A stretch of DNA of 63,860 nucleotides, the filler included, from Basidiobolus ranarum (taxonomy: Eukaryota), in the NCBI GenBank assembly GCA_040143965.1. It is 31 parts of 31 records of this genome, joined end to end, with 100 filler letters (N's around TTAATTAATTAA, not from the genome) between each part and the next. Parts side by side here need not be neighbours in the genome. Positions count along the whole stretch, not along the records: positions 49,565 to 51,522 come from JASJQH010004017.1; positions 51,623 to 53,579 come from JASJQH010004018.1; positions 53,680 to 55,636 come from JASJQH010004019.1; positions 55,737 to 57,693 come from JASJQH010004020.1; positions 57,794 to 59,749 come from JASJQH010004021.1; positions 59,850 to 61,805 come from JASJQH010004022.1; positions 61,906 to 63,860 come from JASJQH010004023.1; 24 more parts are not named here. One strand, written 5' to 3'. The notes under the pieces were generated by a model. The model searched no databases, was not told the origin of the DNA, and saw only the letters and a list, made by a program, of their open reading frames with translations. Positions 49,565-61,921 of the stretch are shown here, piece after piece. The position numbers and the translations under genes were made by a program. Positions within the stretch are counted from its first letter, which is position 1. Every line of letters begins with the position of its first letter.

Positions 49565-51348
49565 GCTGGCACATATAGATCTCCTCTGCAAGCTTGTCAT
49601 TGAAAAAAACTGTTTTAACTTCCATTTGATATGTAATAAACTGATATATAGCTGAAATTGCTAAAATCAATCTAACTAAGTTAAAGTTTGCTATAGTCAT
49701 CAGGGCTATTTCTAAACAGATTTGATCTCCAGGTTTCAGATAAATATATTACAACTTCTGGCACTGTATTGCACACTTTGGTAGGCAAAATTTTGGTTGA
49801 AGGTCCACAGGAATGCTATTTTTTTCCATTGTTTTGGATTGAATCAATTTGAATGATTGGGTCAGGAGAAAATTGAATTTTGTCATCAGCAGAGGTCATT
49901 TTATTAAAAAATTATCATTTTCATTAAGCATAACATCCCTGTACTTGACTAACTTGGAAATTATGGTAGCATAGAGTCTGTAGGCACCAGTTGGAGTACA
50001 ATAACCCAGTAATATGAATTCCTTATAGTTTTTGTCAAATTTAGACTAATATTTGGTCATAATTTTGACATATTTATAGTCCTGTTAGCTCTTCCAGCAA
50101 CTTCATTTTGTTGAGGTGAATAAGAAGCACTAGTTTCTTTTCTTAATTGCTTGAACTTTGCAAAAATGCCTAAATAGTGTTGAAGTATATTCCCCACTAA
50201 TATGCATACTTAACTTCTTTACTTTAGTTCCAGTTTCAGTCTCCACAAGTGTTTTACAATCCCTATATATAGAGAGAACCTCCTCTTTTCTTTCCACAAA
50301 GTAGACCCAAGTGTATCTTGTGTAATCATCAATAAATGTGATTAATATCTTTTTCTGCCTAAGCATAAATTTTGCATAGATCCACACATATCTGAACAAA
50401 TTAGATCCAATTTTTTTGACAAGTTTGATTAAACAAGGTCTCTTAAACGATTGCCTGGCTTGTTTTCCATATATACAACCCTCACAAATTTCCATTTTGG
50501 TTGGGGGGGTTAATTTGAATTCTAGAAATTAGATAATTTTTGAACATTTTGCTCAAATAAGCAAATCCAATACAGCCAAATCTCTTATGCCATAATTGAA
50601 TGATTTCTTGATTGGAATGACTTATATTTCCACATTAACCTCTTGGATTATATGTAAATTTGTATATGTTCTGGTCCTTTTCTCCCAAAGCTAAATAATG
50701 GCCATTTTGAGCATTCATGATGCTTCTTGACTTATCAAAATTGGATTTTAGCCCTTCTATGATGGCCTTGCATTCAAATATTGAATTTTTGGCAATATCT
50801 GGAACATGTAGTACATCTTTGAAAGTATATACTTTCTCTTCAGCAGCTCCAGTTGAATTGACTTCACTTGTTCCCAATCCAATAGCATCCAATGTGTGGT
50901 CATCTCCCATGAAAACCTTTCCAATTGGGATTTCTTCATAATCTACAAACCAATGTTTTTCATTTGTGAAACTTTTAGAAGCTCCAGATTCAATATATTG
51001 GATCTGAGAATCCTTGTTGGTAGTCATTCATAGAGCAGATATTAACAAGTGATCTTCTGTTGTAACCCCATTTTCATATTCCATACATTTTTCTTCTTTT
51101 GCAATTCTTTTGAAGCAATCTTTATTTAAATGGCCAATTCTTTTACGGTAATCACAGAATATGTTACTTTTCTTCTTAAAGTGCTTTTGACCTTTTATAG
51201 GAAGGTTTCCCATAGCCAATTGAAGCAAGTTCCTCATTCTTGTGCATAATGCTCATCCACAAGTCAGCCAAGTACATAATTTAAGGTCAAATTTTCAGTT
51301 CTTGATTCCAAAGCCATTACTAGGCTCTAAATCATTTGTGGCAGGCTG
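49565..51348 (-). pseudogene. Copia family D gag zinc knuckle, protease, integrase and RT fragment
   Basis: CDYRKRIGHLNKDC, YIESGASK, CEGCIYGKQ, FIDDYTRYTWVYF, QMEVKTVF. LTR-E is inserted at 51349. Confidence 0.92.
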
Positions 51349-51622
51349 TGTCATGATTCTGATCTTGGCACACTGATCCACTACAAATAGAACTCCTTTA
51401 TTATTAGATTATGACATCATATCTGCTGTGCCATCCCTTCTCGGCAATCTGGTGTCAGTTCATCCAGATTGCCTTATATGGAAGTCATGTTCTTTGGAAC
51501 ATTCATGAAACCTAACCAATCANNNNNNNNNNNNNNNNNNNNNNNNNNNNNNNNNNNNNNNNNNNNTTAATTAATTAANNNNNNNNNNNNNNNNNNNNNN
51601 NNNNNNNNNNNNNNNNNNNNNN

Positions 51623-53510
51623 TTTACACTTGTTCTCTGTAAAACCTCTCCCTGCTTTTCTTTCTTTTCCAAATTGATAATTGCCTATATTTTTGAGATG
51701 TTTCATGAATAGGCCTATACTAGTACAATTGTCATTTGCTTTTAAAAACCCAGGATAAGCCACATGAAATATGTTGTGAATCTTCAGAGTAACGCCTGGT
51801 TTTTAGTTTTTCCACAGTTGGCTCAAATCCAGGTGATTTTGGGCAAGATTCCGCACAGTTTCCAAAAGGTTAAACTACTCATCAAAAGAGCAAGTGATGA
51901 CAGCTATGACATTTGGAGTCTCTTGGTTTGCTGATTTTCCTATGAGATTTCTACTTTCATGTGCCCAAGCACCTTTGGGTTATGGTATAGGCTTAATAGT
52001 CCAACACATATCCTGCACTGCTGGATTGACATGGTGACATTCATATTTATGGTGTGGGATTGATTGAAATCCCACATGAAAATGGACAGAGGGAGCAGCA
52101 TGTTGCTGTAGCTCAAGTACAGCATTCTGAAGGTCTTGTATGTTTGTTGAGTGACTCTCTAACTGTTGGCTAGTTGCTTCTGAATGCTGCATCATTGCAA
52201 TATGTGGCATTATTACTTGTCATGGCCAGTATAGCAACTTCATAGTTTTTTGGGATTATTGCATACAAATCATTGTGGTGTTCTACCTGCAATTCCTGCA
52301 TAATAATTCTACATAAAATTTATGCCAATTTTGATCTAGATTTTGAATGCCATTTGAATGACATTGAAATTTTCAGATGGTAAACTTGGTACTTGTCACT
52401 TTTACCACAGTTGATGGGCAACTGTTGCTTGCCACAGTCCTGGTGCAAGTGGAAAACACTTGTCAACTGTATGACTTATAATCCTTCAGTAATTAAACTA
52501 CCTTCATCTCCAAATGGTTGTTTGGCTTTCAATGGTGATTGGAAAAACCTGAAGTCATATACTGTTTGCTCACAATTGGCAATCACTGAATCAGGTAAAT
52601 ATAGTTCATATTTGGCTTACATACTAATGATTCCTCATCTTAAAGTTTGGACAAAATCACCCAAATATAGATCATTGATCCAATACCAAAGTACTCACCA
52701 TAAAGCTGATGGTATTACCAATATACTTGATGGGTATCACTACCAGAATCTGAACAGTCAAAGTTTCTTTGAGAACACATATGCTCATGCATTTGCATTG
52801 GCTCTGGATGGTTTCTCACTAAACAATATACTGTTGGAAAGGCTTGATGGCCAATAATTTTAAGCAAGTTAATCTTCCTCCTTCTGAACAATATAAGAGT
52901 CATAATATTTTGATACTAACCATCATATCTGGACCTAATTCACCAGCACTTATAGATAGCTTCTTGGAACCTTTGATTGTAGAATTTGAAACATTCTCTA
53001 ATGGAGTTCAGATGGGTGAATATTTTATTGATGCTAATATCATTGATTGTATTGGTGGCACTCCTGCCATCAGTAAACTTGAAGGTTTTTGTTGGCACAA
53101 TGTACTATCTTGTTGTAGCTTTTGTCAAATCAATGGAGTTTACTCTATCAGGCATATGGATTGCTACTATCAAAATACAACACTGCACACTATGATTTTA
53201 CTGTCAAGAGCCTGGGCAGATTCCAACATGATCACTGATATCAATTCACCAAATAGTCAGTCTAACATCAAACTTGATATTAGCTGTAAGCCTAAGTTTA
53301 TATTGGTAAAGAGGATCAGCTGGAGCTAGAGGTTCCCATTAGGCACTATGCACTTAATATTCAACAACATTCCAATACTACTTACTCAGCTATATAGTTC
53401 AAAATTAATATGAATGAGCCATTTGAGATAGGATCCAAGTTTGAATTGAGTGGAAAGATCCTTGAAAATGTCAAGATATCATGATATTTTACCAGGACTC
53501 CCATCAATCT
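51623..53510 (+). mobile_element. CACTA-like element: ORF2 (minus, 51623-52390) joined through a deletion to the transposase (plus, from about 52393)
   Basis: Transposase motifs in ORFs 52393-52857 and 52844-53329. The ORF2 copy reads MCWTIKP...AYPGFLKANDN on the minus strand. Confidence 0.87.
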
Positions 53511-54614
53511 ACTATTCAGAGATATCTTTCAGAAAATAACTTGGAGCTCTCTATTGCCAAAACAATCCCAATTGGTTGCNNNNNNNNNNNNNNNNNNNNN
53601 NNNNNNNNNNNNNNNNNNNNNNNTTAATTAATTAANNNNNNNNNNNNNNNNNNNNNNNNNNNNNNNNNNNNNNNNNNNNCTAGGGATTTCAAAGGTGACA
53701 AATTAGTGTTCAAGTGGTAATTGTGTAAAATTTGAGTTACGTTTTTTGCACATGTGTTGATCCATAGCTCTCTGAGATTTTAGCCAATCATGTGCAACTA
53801 ATTTGCAAGATCTTGAAATTTCACTCCTGAAACTGAAAAAATTGATTAAAATCAAATCTAACTTGACAATTTTGTGACGGTAAGTAAACAATCAATCCCA
53901 AATGGATTAAAATTGTGATGGCTTTCCTACAATAACAATCTTCAAATTTCTGTTAGGGCATTATTTGAATGTTCATCAGTTTCCAAAATCACAATTTCTA
54001 AAAATATCACATTGGTACAACAACCACATGTGTAATGGTAACTAACATCATGCTGGATAGTTGCCAATCATGCCAAATTTTGCTGGTACACTTTTTGGCT
54101 GGTCTGATCTTGCTGAATGGAAGGGAATAAGTTTTATCTACTAAGTCAACTCTAAAATCCAGATAATTAATAGTTTTTCTACTATTATTTTACTGGTAAG
54201 GCTATCAATGTTGTTGAGTTATGTTCAATCAGTCTAGTAGGTGTATATGTAGACATGAAGCATAACAAGATTCTGGCATTTTTAGATTCTCTTTATAGCT
54301 GAAGTATAAAGACTAAAATATATAAATAAAGGCATGCATGGAAATTTGAGAACCTATTACAGTAGGCCTGGTAATTTGCCATTTGAAAATTGTTTTTTTC
54401 CAATTACTGTTAAAATTTAAATTATGCATGTTAAAATAAAGGATCAACATTTCACCATGTGTGATTACTATTATAATATGGTTAAGAAACTGCCATTTCA
54501 CCATCAAAATCTCAGGCAGAATTCAAGCCAACAATATTGTGATGGATTCTGATGGTTTTGTGCTCCATAAGGATGGATCTAATCCAGATCAAATCATTTT
54601 TATTTGTGTTAGGA

Positions 54615-55636
54615 TCCTGTGATCTGGACAAATTACTCACAATTGGGCTTGAGTTGGTAGCTACAAGTCAATACTAGTCATGGAACTTTAAATGGATGAT
54701 AATCATGCTACATATACTGTTTGAGCTGGAGATATTGACTTGGCTGTTAAACAATGGAAAACAGTTGCATGGAACTTAAACAAATGTATTTCATATTTCG
54801 GGAACTGCAAAGAACATGTTTACTATTGGTAAAGTTGTGCTCCAAGGCCAACAAGTAGTTTCCTGATGGCAAAAGCTATGTTTCGAAAAATCACAAGTGC
54901 AATTCAGTTTTATGAAGGAACTAGGGGTCAAGACCTCTACCACCTGAATACTAGAGTTAATAATTTGGAATTTGTGAACTTATTTAACTACAAACTGAAC
55001 AAGTTGTCATTGAGGCATCAATGTTTTGGTAATAAGGGGCTACATAGCCTGAAAGCACTCCAAGAGAAGGAAAAAGCTCAGCACTTGAACTAGGAAACCC
55101 ACTGCTAAAGAATTCATGTAGGATGTTTCATGGGAAACAAAATAGGAAATCCATTCCAAAAAAAGAGCTACAAGAGCTAAAACATTGTTAGGACTTACTT
55201 ATTCTGCCCTATGTAGAGCTATGAGTACCACCTCACTAGGAGTTGCATGATACTTCTTTGACTTTATCAATGACTTGTCAAGGATAACCTTTGTGCACCT
55301 GTTAGAGTGCAGCAACCAAAGTCTAGAAGTGGTCTTGGAATATTGAGCTGCAATCAAAAATGAAACAGTCCGGAAAACTAAGGCTCCACAAACATACAAT
55401 GGCAGAGAATAGATATCAATGGAGTTGGATCAAGTTCTCAAGCACTGCTGAATTAGATAACCAACCACTGTCCTTTACACTCTGCAGCAAACTGAGTCTG
55501 GTAAAGGAACCACTAGACTATGGTAGAACCTGCCATCAGTATAATACATCACCAAAACAATGCAATTCTGGGCAGAAGCTTATGAGAAATGGTATTATCA
55601 AAAATCATCTATCCTTGATTTGTGAGTGTTCTGGTG
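54615..55636 (+). pseudogene. Highly degenerate copia GAG-pre-integrase/integrase
   Basis: Remnants LYHLN, HQCFGN and YFFDFINDLSRITFV; heavily stopped. Confidence 0.6.
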
Positions 55637-56302
55637 NNNNNNNNNNNNNNNNNNNNNNNNNNNNNNNNNNNNNNNNNNNNTTAATTAATTAANNNNNNNN
55701 NNNNNNNNNNNNNNNNNNNNNNNNNNNNNNNNNNNNAGTAAGCACATTGACATTCAACATCACTTTGTTAGGGATGCTATTGAGAATACAAACATGCAAC
55801 TGCAGTACTGTCCAACTGAGGACATGATTGCTGACATTCTTACCAAACCATTACCCAAGCCAAAATTTGAACAATTCAGATTTAAGGTTAGGATTAAGAT
55901 ATCTGAATTTTAGTTGAGTGGGAGTATTGAAGTTTATTTTCTTTATCATATTTGTTATCTCTATCTTTATTCACCTAACTATTTCATATATCACATATAA
56001 ATTAGTTAACATTACTTAGTCAAATATCACTTAGCTGCAAATCGGAACATATATTATATATATATGTGAATAATGTGAGAATTAGCAATTCCATATTGGA
56101 GATTTCAAAATTGTCCAAATTGCCCCAAAGATAGCTCATTTTACTCCCACAGATGTTCTGAACACAACCCCAGTGTTAATTTTCTGTATTTCCACCAAAA
56201 AGTATAAATGCTTTATTTCTGGACAATAAACAATTATCTCACAAAGCTATTCACAACTCCAGTTTTCTAAAGTTCCTCCAAACAGGCCATATTTTCCCAA
56301 TA

Positions 56303-57693
56303 ACTTTAGGACCTAGAGTTCAAGAAGCCATTGTTAGGATCAAGTACTAGATGATTGCTACTAAAGTAAAACCTTCCCTTAAACCACTCACTGGTGGAAC
56401 CAGACCAGGCAATCTAGAAAAGGAGCCACTAGACAACAATACTGCATTAGACCAACTCCAGAGAGGCTAGCTACAGTTAAAATTGGCAATGCCAACCTCA
56501 GCCCTCAGGAAGTTAAACTATTTAGAGATATGATTGTCAGACATGACAAAGGCTTTACATACAATGACCAGGAAATGAAACTACTACTGCTCTCAATTGC
56601 AAAACCAATCAAAATTCCCACCATTCAACACACACTGTGGGCCTATAAACCTTACCCACTACCAAAAGACCTGCAATCAGATGTGCATGCACATCTTAAG
56701 AGTAAGATTACAGCTGGAATCCTAGAACCATACTATGGACCTTATGCCAACTGCTAGTTTGTCACAAAGAAGAAGAATGGCAAACTGGGATTCATACAAG
56801 ACTAGCAGCCAGCCAATGCAGTAACAATCAGGGATGCAGCAGTAACTCCTTCAATCAATGAGTTTGCCAAGAGGTTTGCAGAAGCTTCCACATATTAAAC
56901 CTATGATCTATACTCAGGATATGACCAAATACCTATTGAAGAACCTCAAAAGACATGGTTGGGCTACAGACTCCCTTTGGGCTACTAAGAATGACAAGAA
57001 TCAGTCAAGGTGGAACCATCTGTGTTGCACAGTTTCAATGTGTGATGGTCAATGTCCTTTATAAGTTCATCGCAGACAAGTTAACTGTATTTGTAGATGA
57101 TATTGGCATAAAAGGATCACCTATCAAGGACTCAACTGAAGTACTCCCAGGAGTAAGAAGATTTGTATACAACCATCTCTAACAAAAAAACTTTAGATTT
57201 GTATTTCATACTACTTCCTTAATATTTTATAATGGTATTATGCTGGTATTGCAACAATATTCTCATGGTTTCTCTACCAGTCTTTTTTTCCTCCCATTTT
57301 CTTATGGCTTTTCTACCCCTATATTTGAGTTTTCTATGGTTTTCCTCTGGTACTGATTCCCATCTTTTTCATAAGGGCATATATATGACAGTGACCAGAT
57401 TTTGAAAAAAATTGAGAAAGCTGGACTCACTATAAGTGGTGACAAAAGTGACTTTGGAATACCAGAAGTATTCATATTTGGGCAGAAATGTGACATTCAT
57501 GGAAGAACACCAGGACCATCCAATATTGAGAAACTTCTCATATAGCCAACACCCAGCAACTTAACCAAATCAAGAGGATTTGTGACTGCTCGTGGATTTT
57601 TCAGAATATGGATTCCCAATTTCTCTGAAATTGCAGAACCCATATACTGACTACAGAGAAAGAATATGAAGTTTGAATGGGGACTTGATCAAG
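56303..57693 (+). pseudogene. Second Ty3/gypsy family RT (FVDD type), degenerate
   Basis: GILEP..GPYAN, KKKNGKL, DLYSGYDQ, QTPFGLLRMTRISQG, VFVDDIGIKG, PGVRRFVYNH, AGLTISGDKS, FFRIWIPNFSEIAEP. Confidence 0.9.
57177..57377. mobile_element. 201-bp non-autonomous CACTA-type element (MITE-like) with 3-bp TSD
   Basis: CAT|CTCTAACAAAAAAA...TTTTTCATAAGGG|CAT. Removing it plus one CAT restores the RT frame YNHIYDSDQILKKIEKAGLT. Confidence 0.85.
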
Positions 57694-58535
57694 NNNNNNN
57701 NNNNNNNNNNNNNNNNNNNNNNNNNNNNNNNNNNNNNTTAATTAATTAANNNNNNNNNNNNNNNNNNNNNNNNNNNNNNNNNNNNNNNNNNNNTTGGAGT
57801 TTTAATTATTGAGTTATTGAAGATACGTATATGCTGCATTCCTATAACCCACGCTTTTTGGTGATGAAACGAGAGCCTCAAACTAACAGCTATTTACCAT
57901 CTGACAAGCTTGTCAAAAGACGATTTTGCGAATGACCCAGGGCGAGATACAGTTGTGAAAATACCTGCATGCCGCACAAGGGAGACACCTGCCTTGCTTT
58001 GTGAGCAATCCAGGATTAGGTATTTATATTAAACAAAAAAACGAATTTTACTTGATCATATGGGATCCTTGGAAATTTATTGAATTAGTATTCATGGTAG
58101 CTTTTCTGGTTCGATTAAATCTGTAAATTAAATACTCTGGTAACAGAATTCTTATCCTATATTGCTGATAATATTCTCACCATTATGATATTTTTACGAG
58201 GTTAATTATTGAATTTATTTTTGATTAAATCTAAATCTTATTTTAGGCCTTAGTGGATATCTATTGATGGTTGCAAGTGAATGGTAATGGTAAAGTAACT
58301 CCTCATAGTATAGAAGAGCTATTCTTCAGCAGAAGTAGTTTCTTTACCTTTCAACCAAGAGGTACAGTGATTACAACGTATCGCTTTCTTATCTATTTTC
58401 TCTTGACAAAATTTACAGTGAACTTGAGCGCTAATGATCTCCTCATTGTTAAAGATCTGCAACACTATCATAGTGAGAGGGAAACTTTAGAAACATTGAA
58501 CGAATTAAAGCCATTACTTTGACGAATCATTTTAC

Positions 58536-59136
58536 CTCGAACCATCCAGTAAATCGCAAAACTTACTATCAGGAAGTTAGTCAGGTTTTGGATGAAAAGT
58601 CCAATGTTCCAGGTTAATGCACCTCCATCTTGCGCTTGTTTGATGGTTTTATAATCCTTATGGTCATTGTTTGGATATCTTAGAACAATAAATAAATTCT
58701 CAAAATTTGCAGCGCCTAAATGAGAACTCGTTCAGTTTACTTTCGGTGAGATGCTAAGAATGAGTGACAAATACCCATAAGTAAACTCAGCGGTGGCGTA
58801 ATAATATCATTCACCAAGGAATCCAGAAGCTTGCCGAAAGCAGCACCAGTGACAACACCTACCGCTAAGCCGAATACATTTCCTTTGTCAATGAAGCTCT
58901 GTCGTCAAATGGATCAATTGTTTCGGTTCCATGGGTGAATTAAAACAAGTTAAACTTCATTATCATCTCAACTATAGACCTAATTATGGACGATTTACTT
59001 TGAAATCCTCCCAGATGGATTTAATTGTGGCAACTCCAGTGGCCCCTTTAGAAGCGAACGAATCTGACAGAGAACGTCGATGATTGCTCGTGTAGGATAG
59101 TAGCTGTTGGGTTTCTCTAACTGCCGTAGGGAGCAT
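58536..59136 (-). CDS. mscL: MscL-family large-conductance mechanosensitive channel, spliced; last exon not resolved
   Basis: Exons 59136-58999, 58898-58775 and 58715-58536 give [58 protein letters not shown]...[29 protein letters not shown]; introns are GT-AG. Confidence 0.9.
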
Positions 59137-61619
59137 GATCTTTGAATGGTTAGTAGCTAGACTAGATATCGACACAGGAAGAAAGTGTTGCAAGAGCGAG
59201 GTATGGTGTCTATAAATTCAATATCAATCTCCAGCTGGTGTGGAACAGTATGGCCGCTTTAGATGGTACAATTCAATGAAACCTCCAAATATGGCAATGC
59301 AATAATGTAGTGTTACGAGTATAAATGATATGTGTAGACAGATAGCCTAAAGAAGCTCTATGGAAATGGATATGATATTATACGGTATTATCGTGACTTT
59401 ATCTACGCACAGTCGTCGCACCTTGTCATGCAATTGCAAGTGTACCGTCGAGACACCGACATGCCCAGTCAATTTCGGTTCATTGAGATATATACATGTA
59501 TAGGGGGAAGGACAAACGTTGATGATCCAAGCAGAAGAAGTGGTAGCCCTAGGGACACGAAATGGGGTACAATTTACAAGGATTTTTCAACTGGTTGATA
59601 GTAGACGCAGATATCCTCTGGTTAGACGAGCATCGATTGAACGTGATTCTTCCAAAAGGACTGTTGGTGAATGTCCGGAGCACCTTGCCAGCCAAAATGC
59701 ATGTGATGTTGCACATATTTATGGTGTTGGCTTGGGCCTACAAGGTTGGNNNNNNNNNNNNNNNNNNNNNNNNNNNNNNNNNNNNNNNNNNNNTTAATTA
59801 ATTAANNNNNNNNNNNNNNNNNNNNNNNNNNNNNNNNNNNNNNNNNNNNTCAAATAGATGATAATACCTCATTCATCTTTAGTTTGGACAGTATTCCCAG
59901 TTAAACTACCTTGCAGATACTCACTTTTGTCATGATACTGAATCATTGGTAAATAAAGGATCGAGTCTCGATTGCTATCGAGTACCATACGGTCACAATA
60001 GTTCATTATTCAATATTTATTATTGTTGCTTTGCTCTATCACAGCATATAGTTAGACATATGAACAATGCTTCATTCATCATAAGGTTGAACAACGATTC
60101 ATAATTCACAAGCATTGTTGAAACTATCAGGCGATATCTTCGAGGAGTAACGCAATAGGAGTAACGCAATATATGAAATATGGCAAGATGAAGCAGTGCG
60201 AAACAATTACCACATGACTGCAGTATAGATAATTGGTTCATCAAATTTTACTGTGAAGTAAATGCTTCATACTATTAATCTGACAATAAATTACTTCGAA
60301 AGAAAAGATTGCTCAATACACCAATAAAAATATGATTTACTCAAGTAATGGGGAATACTAACCAACTTTAAGAAGACTGCGTAGCCAAGCTTTTATATCT
60401 TTTGATAAACATATCAGTGTGTCAGTTCCATTACTTCTGGCATCTTTAGAGTTACTAGATATTCCGAGCCACATTTGACTCAAGGTCGGGAATTTACTTT
60501 GATCAGCCTTCATTCAGTTCCTTCCTGTTGATATATGATATCGACTTATCTTAGCTAACGAAGTTAACATCTTAGGCACACTAACGGTAGTATACTGGTA
60601 CTTTAAAAGGCAGCATTGTTATCACAACATTCGGCAGTATTATATTTATTTTCATTATGATGTCTGAATGTTACCAATGGGAATTACAACCGAATAGTCG
60701 GAATCAATTACGTTTTATGGTATAATTCGTTTTAATTGCGTACCAAATTATCAACCAATTGGGATTCGATCAAACGCGCTCATTGTATCCTGTTTACATC
60801 CAACCAACGTATAGAAATATTATTTCAAGTTTACCATTTTACATTAGATTGAAGTCCATAAGCGTTGTCTGTATTGGAAATTTAAAAGCATTTGATACTC
60901 TTAAGTGGCAATTCACTACCAATACTTTGATGTTCTATCTAATGCCTCAAGACTCACTTTTTTATCGTTCTTTTCCTGAACATATATTAATTCCATTCCA
61001 ATTCTGGTCATGATTAAGTTGAATGTTTTGTAATGATAAGCCACAACTATACTCAAACTGGACACTTCCATATTAATGAGTAATCGTAAAGTTGAATCTC
61101 GTGGTTTTCGAATATTAATGGCTTAGAATGCTCCGCATATTATCTGAAATACAAGCTGTGTAAATACAAGGACCACAAAATTTATCAACATTAACACATT
61201 TTTAGTTGAGTGTATTGCAGAAACGAACTTATTGATGAGGTTTGTTAAAAAAAGATGGAAGGAATATCCATGCATTGGACACCTTGACTCTAAGCAGTTT
61301 TGCATTTCTTGCGAGTTAAACTGTGTCATCGATGATTTTACTGGTTCTTAATGACAACCTTTATTCGCTACAAGCACCACATCACCCACAAATCGAATTC
61401 AAGAGCATATTAGATACCAGCAGTGACTTTATCAAAAATATTCAATTATTATATATTCAATCACTATTCTGTATAAACTGGATAATACATTTTCTAAACT
61501 AACTTGCGGTCAATAAATTGGGATATGAGGATTGGCCATTATATGAGTGTGAAGGTATTGAGGAATTGAGGAATCTTGTAGAGAAGAAGTATGAGCCTTG
61601 TAGAGTTGAAGTCGAGGAA

Positions 61620-61805
61620 CTACAATTTTATCACAATCTCAGGTAAGCATATGACGGCATCCACCGTGATTCCAAGTATGTTGGCATGCGCCTTAATTGT
61701 CTCACAGATCTCACGTCGGCGTCTTTCATCACCACCGCTATTCAAAACTCCGGGTATCAGGCCACCCAGGCCACTGTTGGAGCGATCATGAGTATCAACC
61801 CTAAT
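61620..61805 (-). CDS. C-terminus of an unknown host protein
   Basis: Open from the contig edge: IRVDTHDRSNSGLGGLIPGVLNSGGDERRRREICETIKAHANILGITVDAVICLPEIVIKL*. GC- and CpG-rich, coding-like. Confidence 0.5.
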   Translation of the reverse strand: MRVDTHDRSNSGLGGLIPGVLNSGGDERRRREICETIKAHANILGITVDAVICLPEIVIKL

Positions 61806-61921
61806 NNNNNNNNNNNNNNNNNNNNNNNNNNNNNNNNNNNNNNNNNNNNTTAATTAATTAANNNNNNNNNNNNNNNNNNNNNNNNNNNNNNNNNNNNNNN
61901 NNNNNATATTGTTGTATGTAT

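Noticed and set aside
59519-59749. Possible gene start divergent from MscL
   Set aside because: Two competing short frames, no recognisable motif, truncated by the contig end.
1973-61905. Regularly spaced TTAATTAATTAA palindrome resembling a CRISPR or tandem array
   Set aside because: Always embedded in N-runs; an artificial six-frame-stop linker. ORFs ending in X...LIN are artefacts of it.
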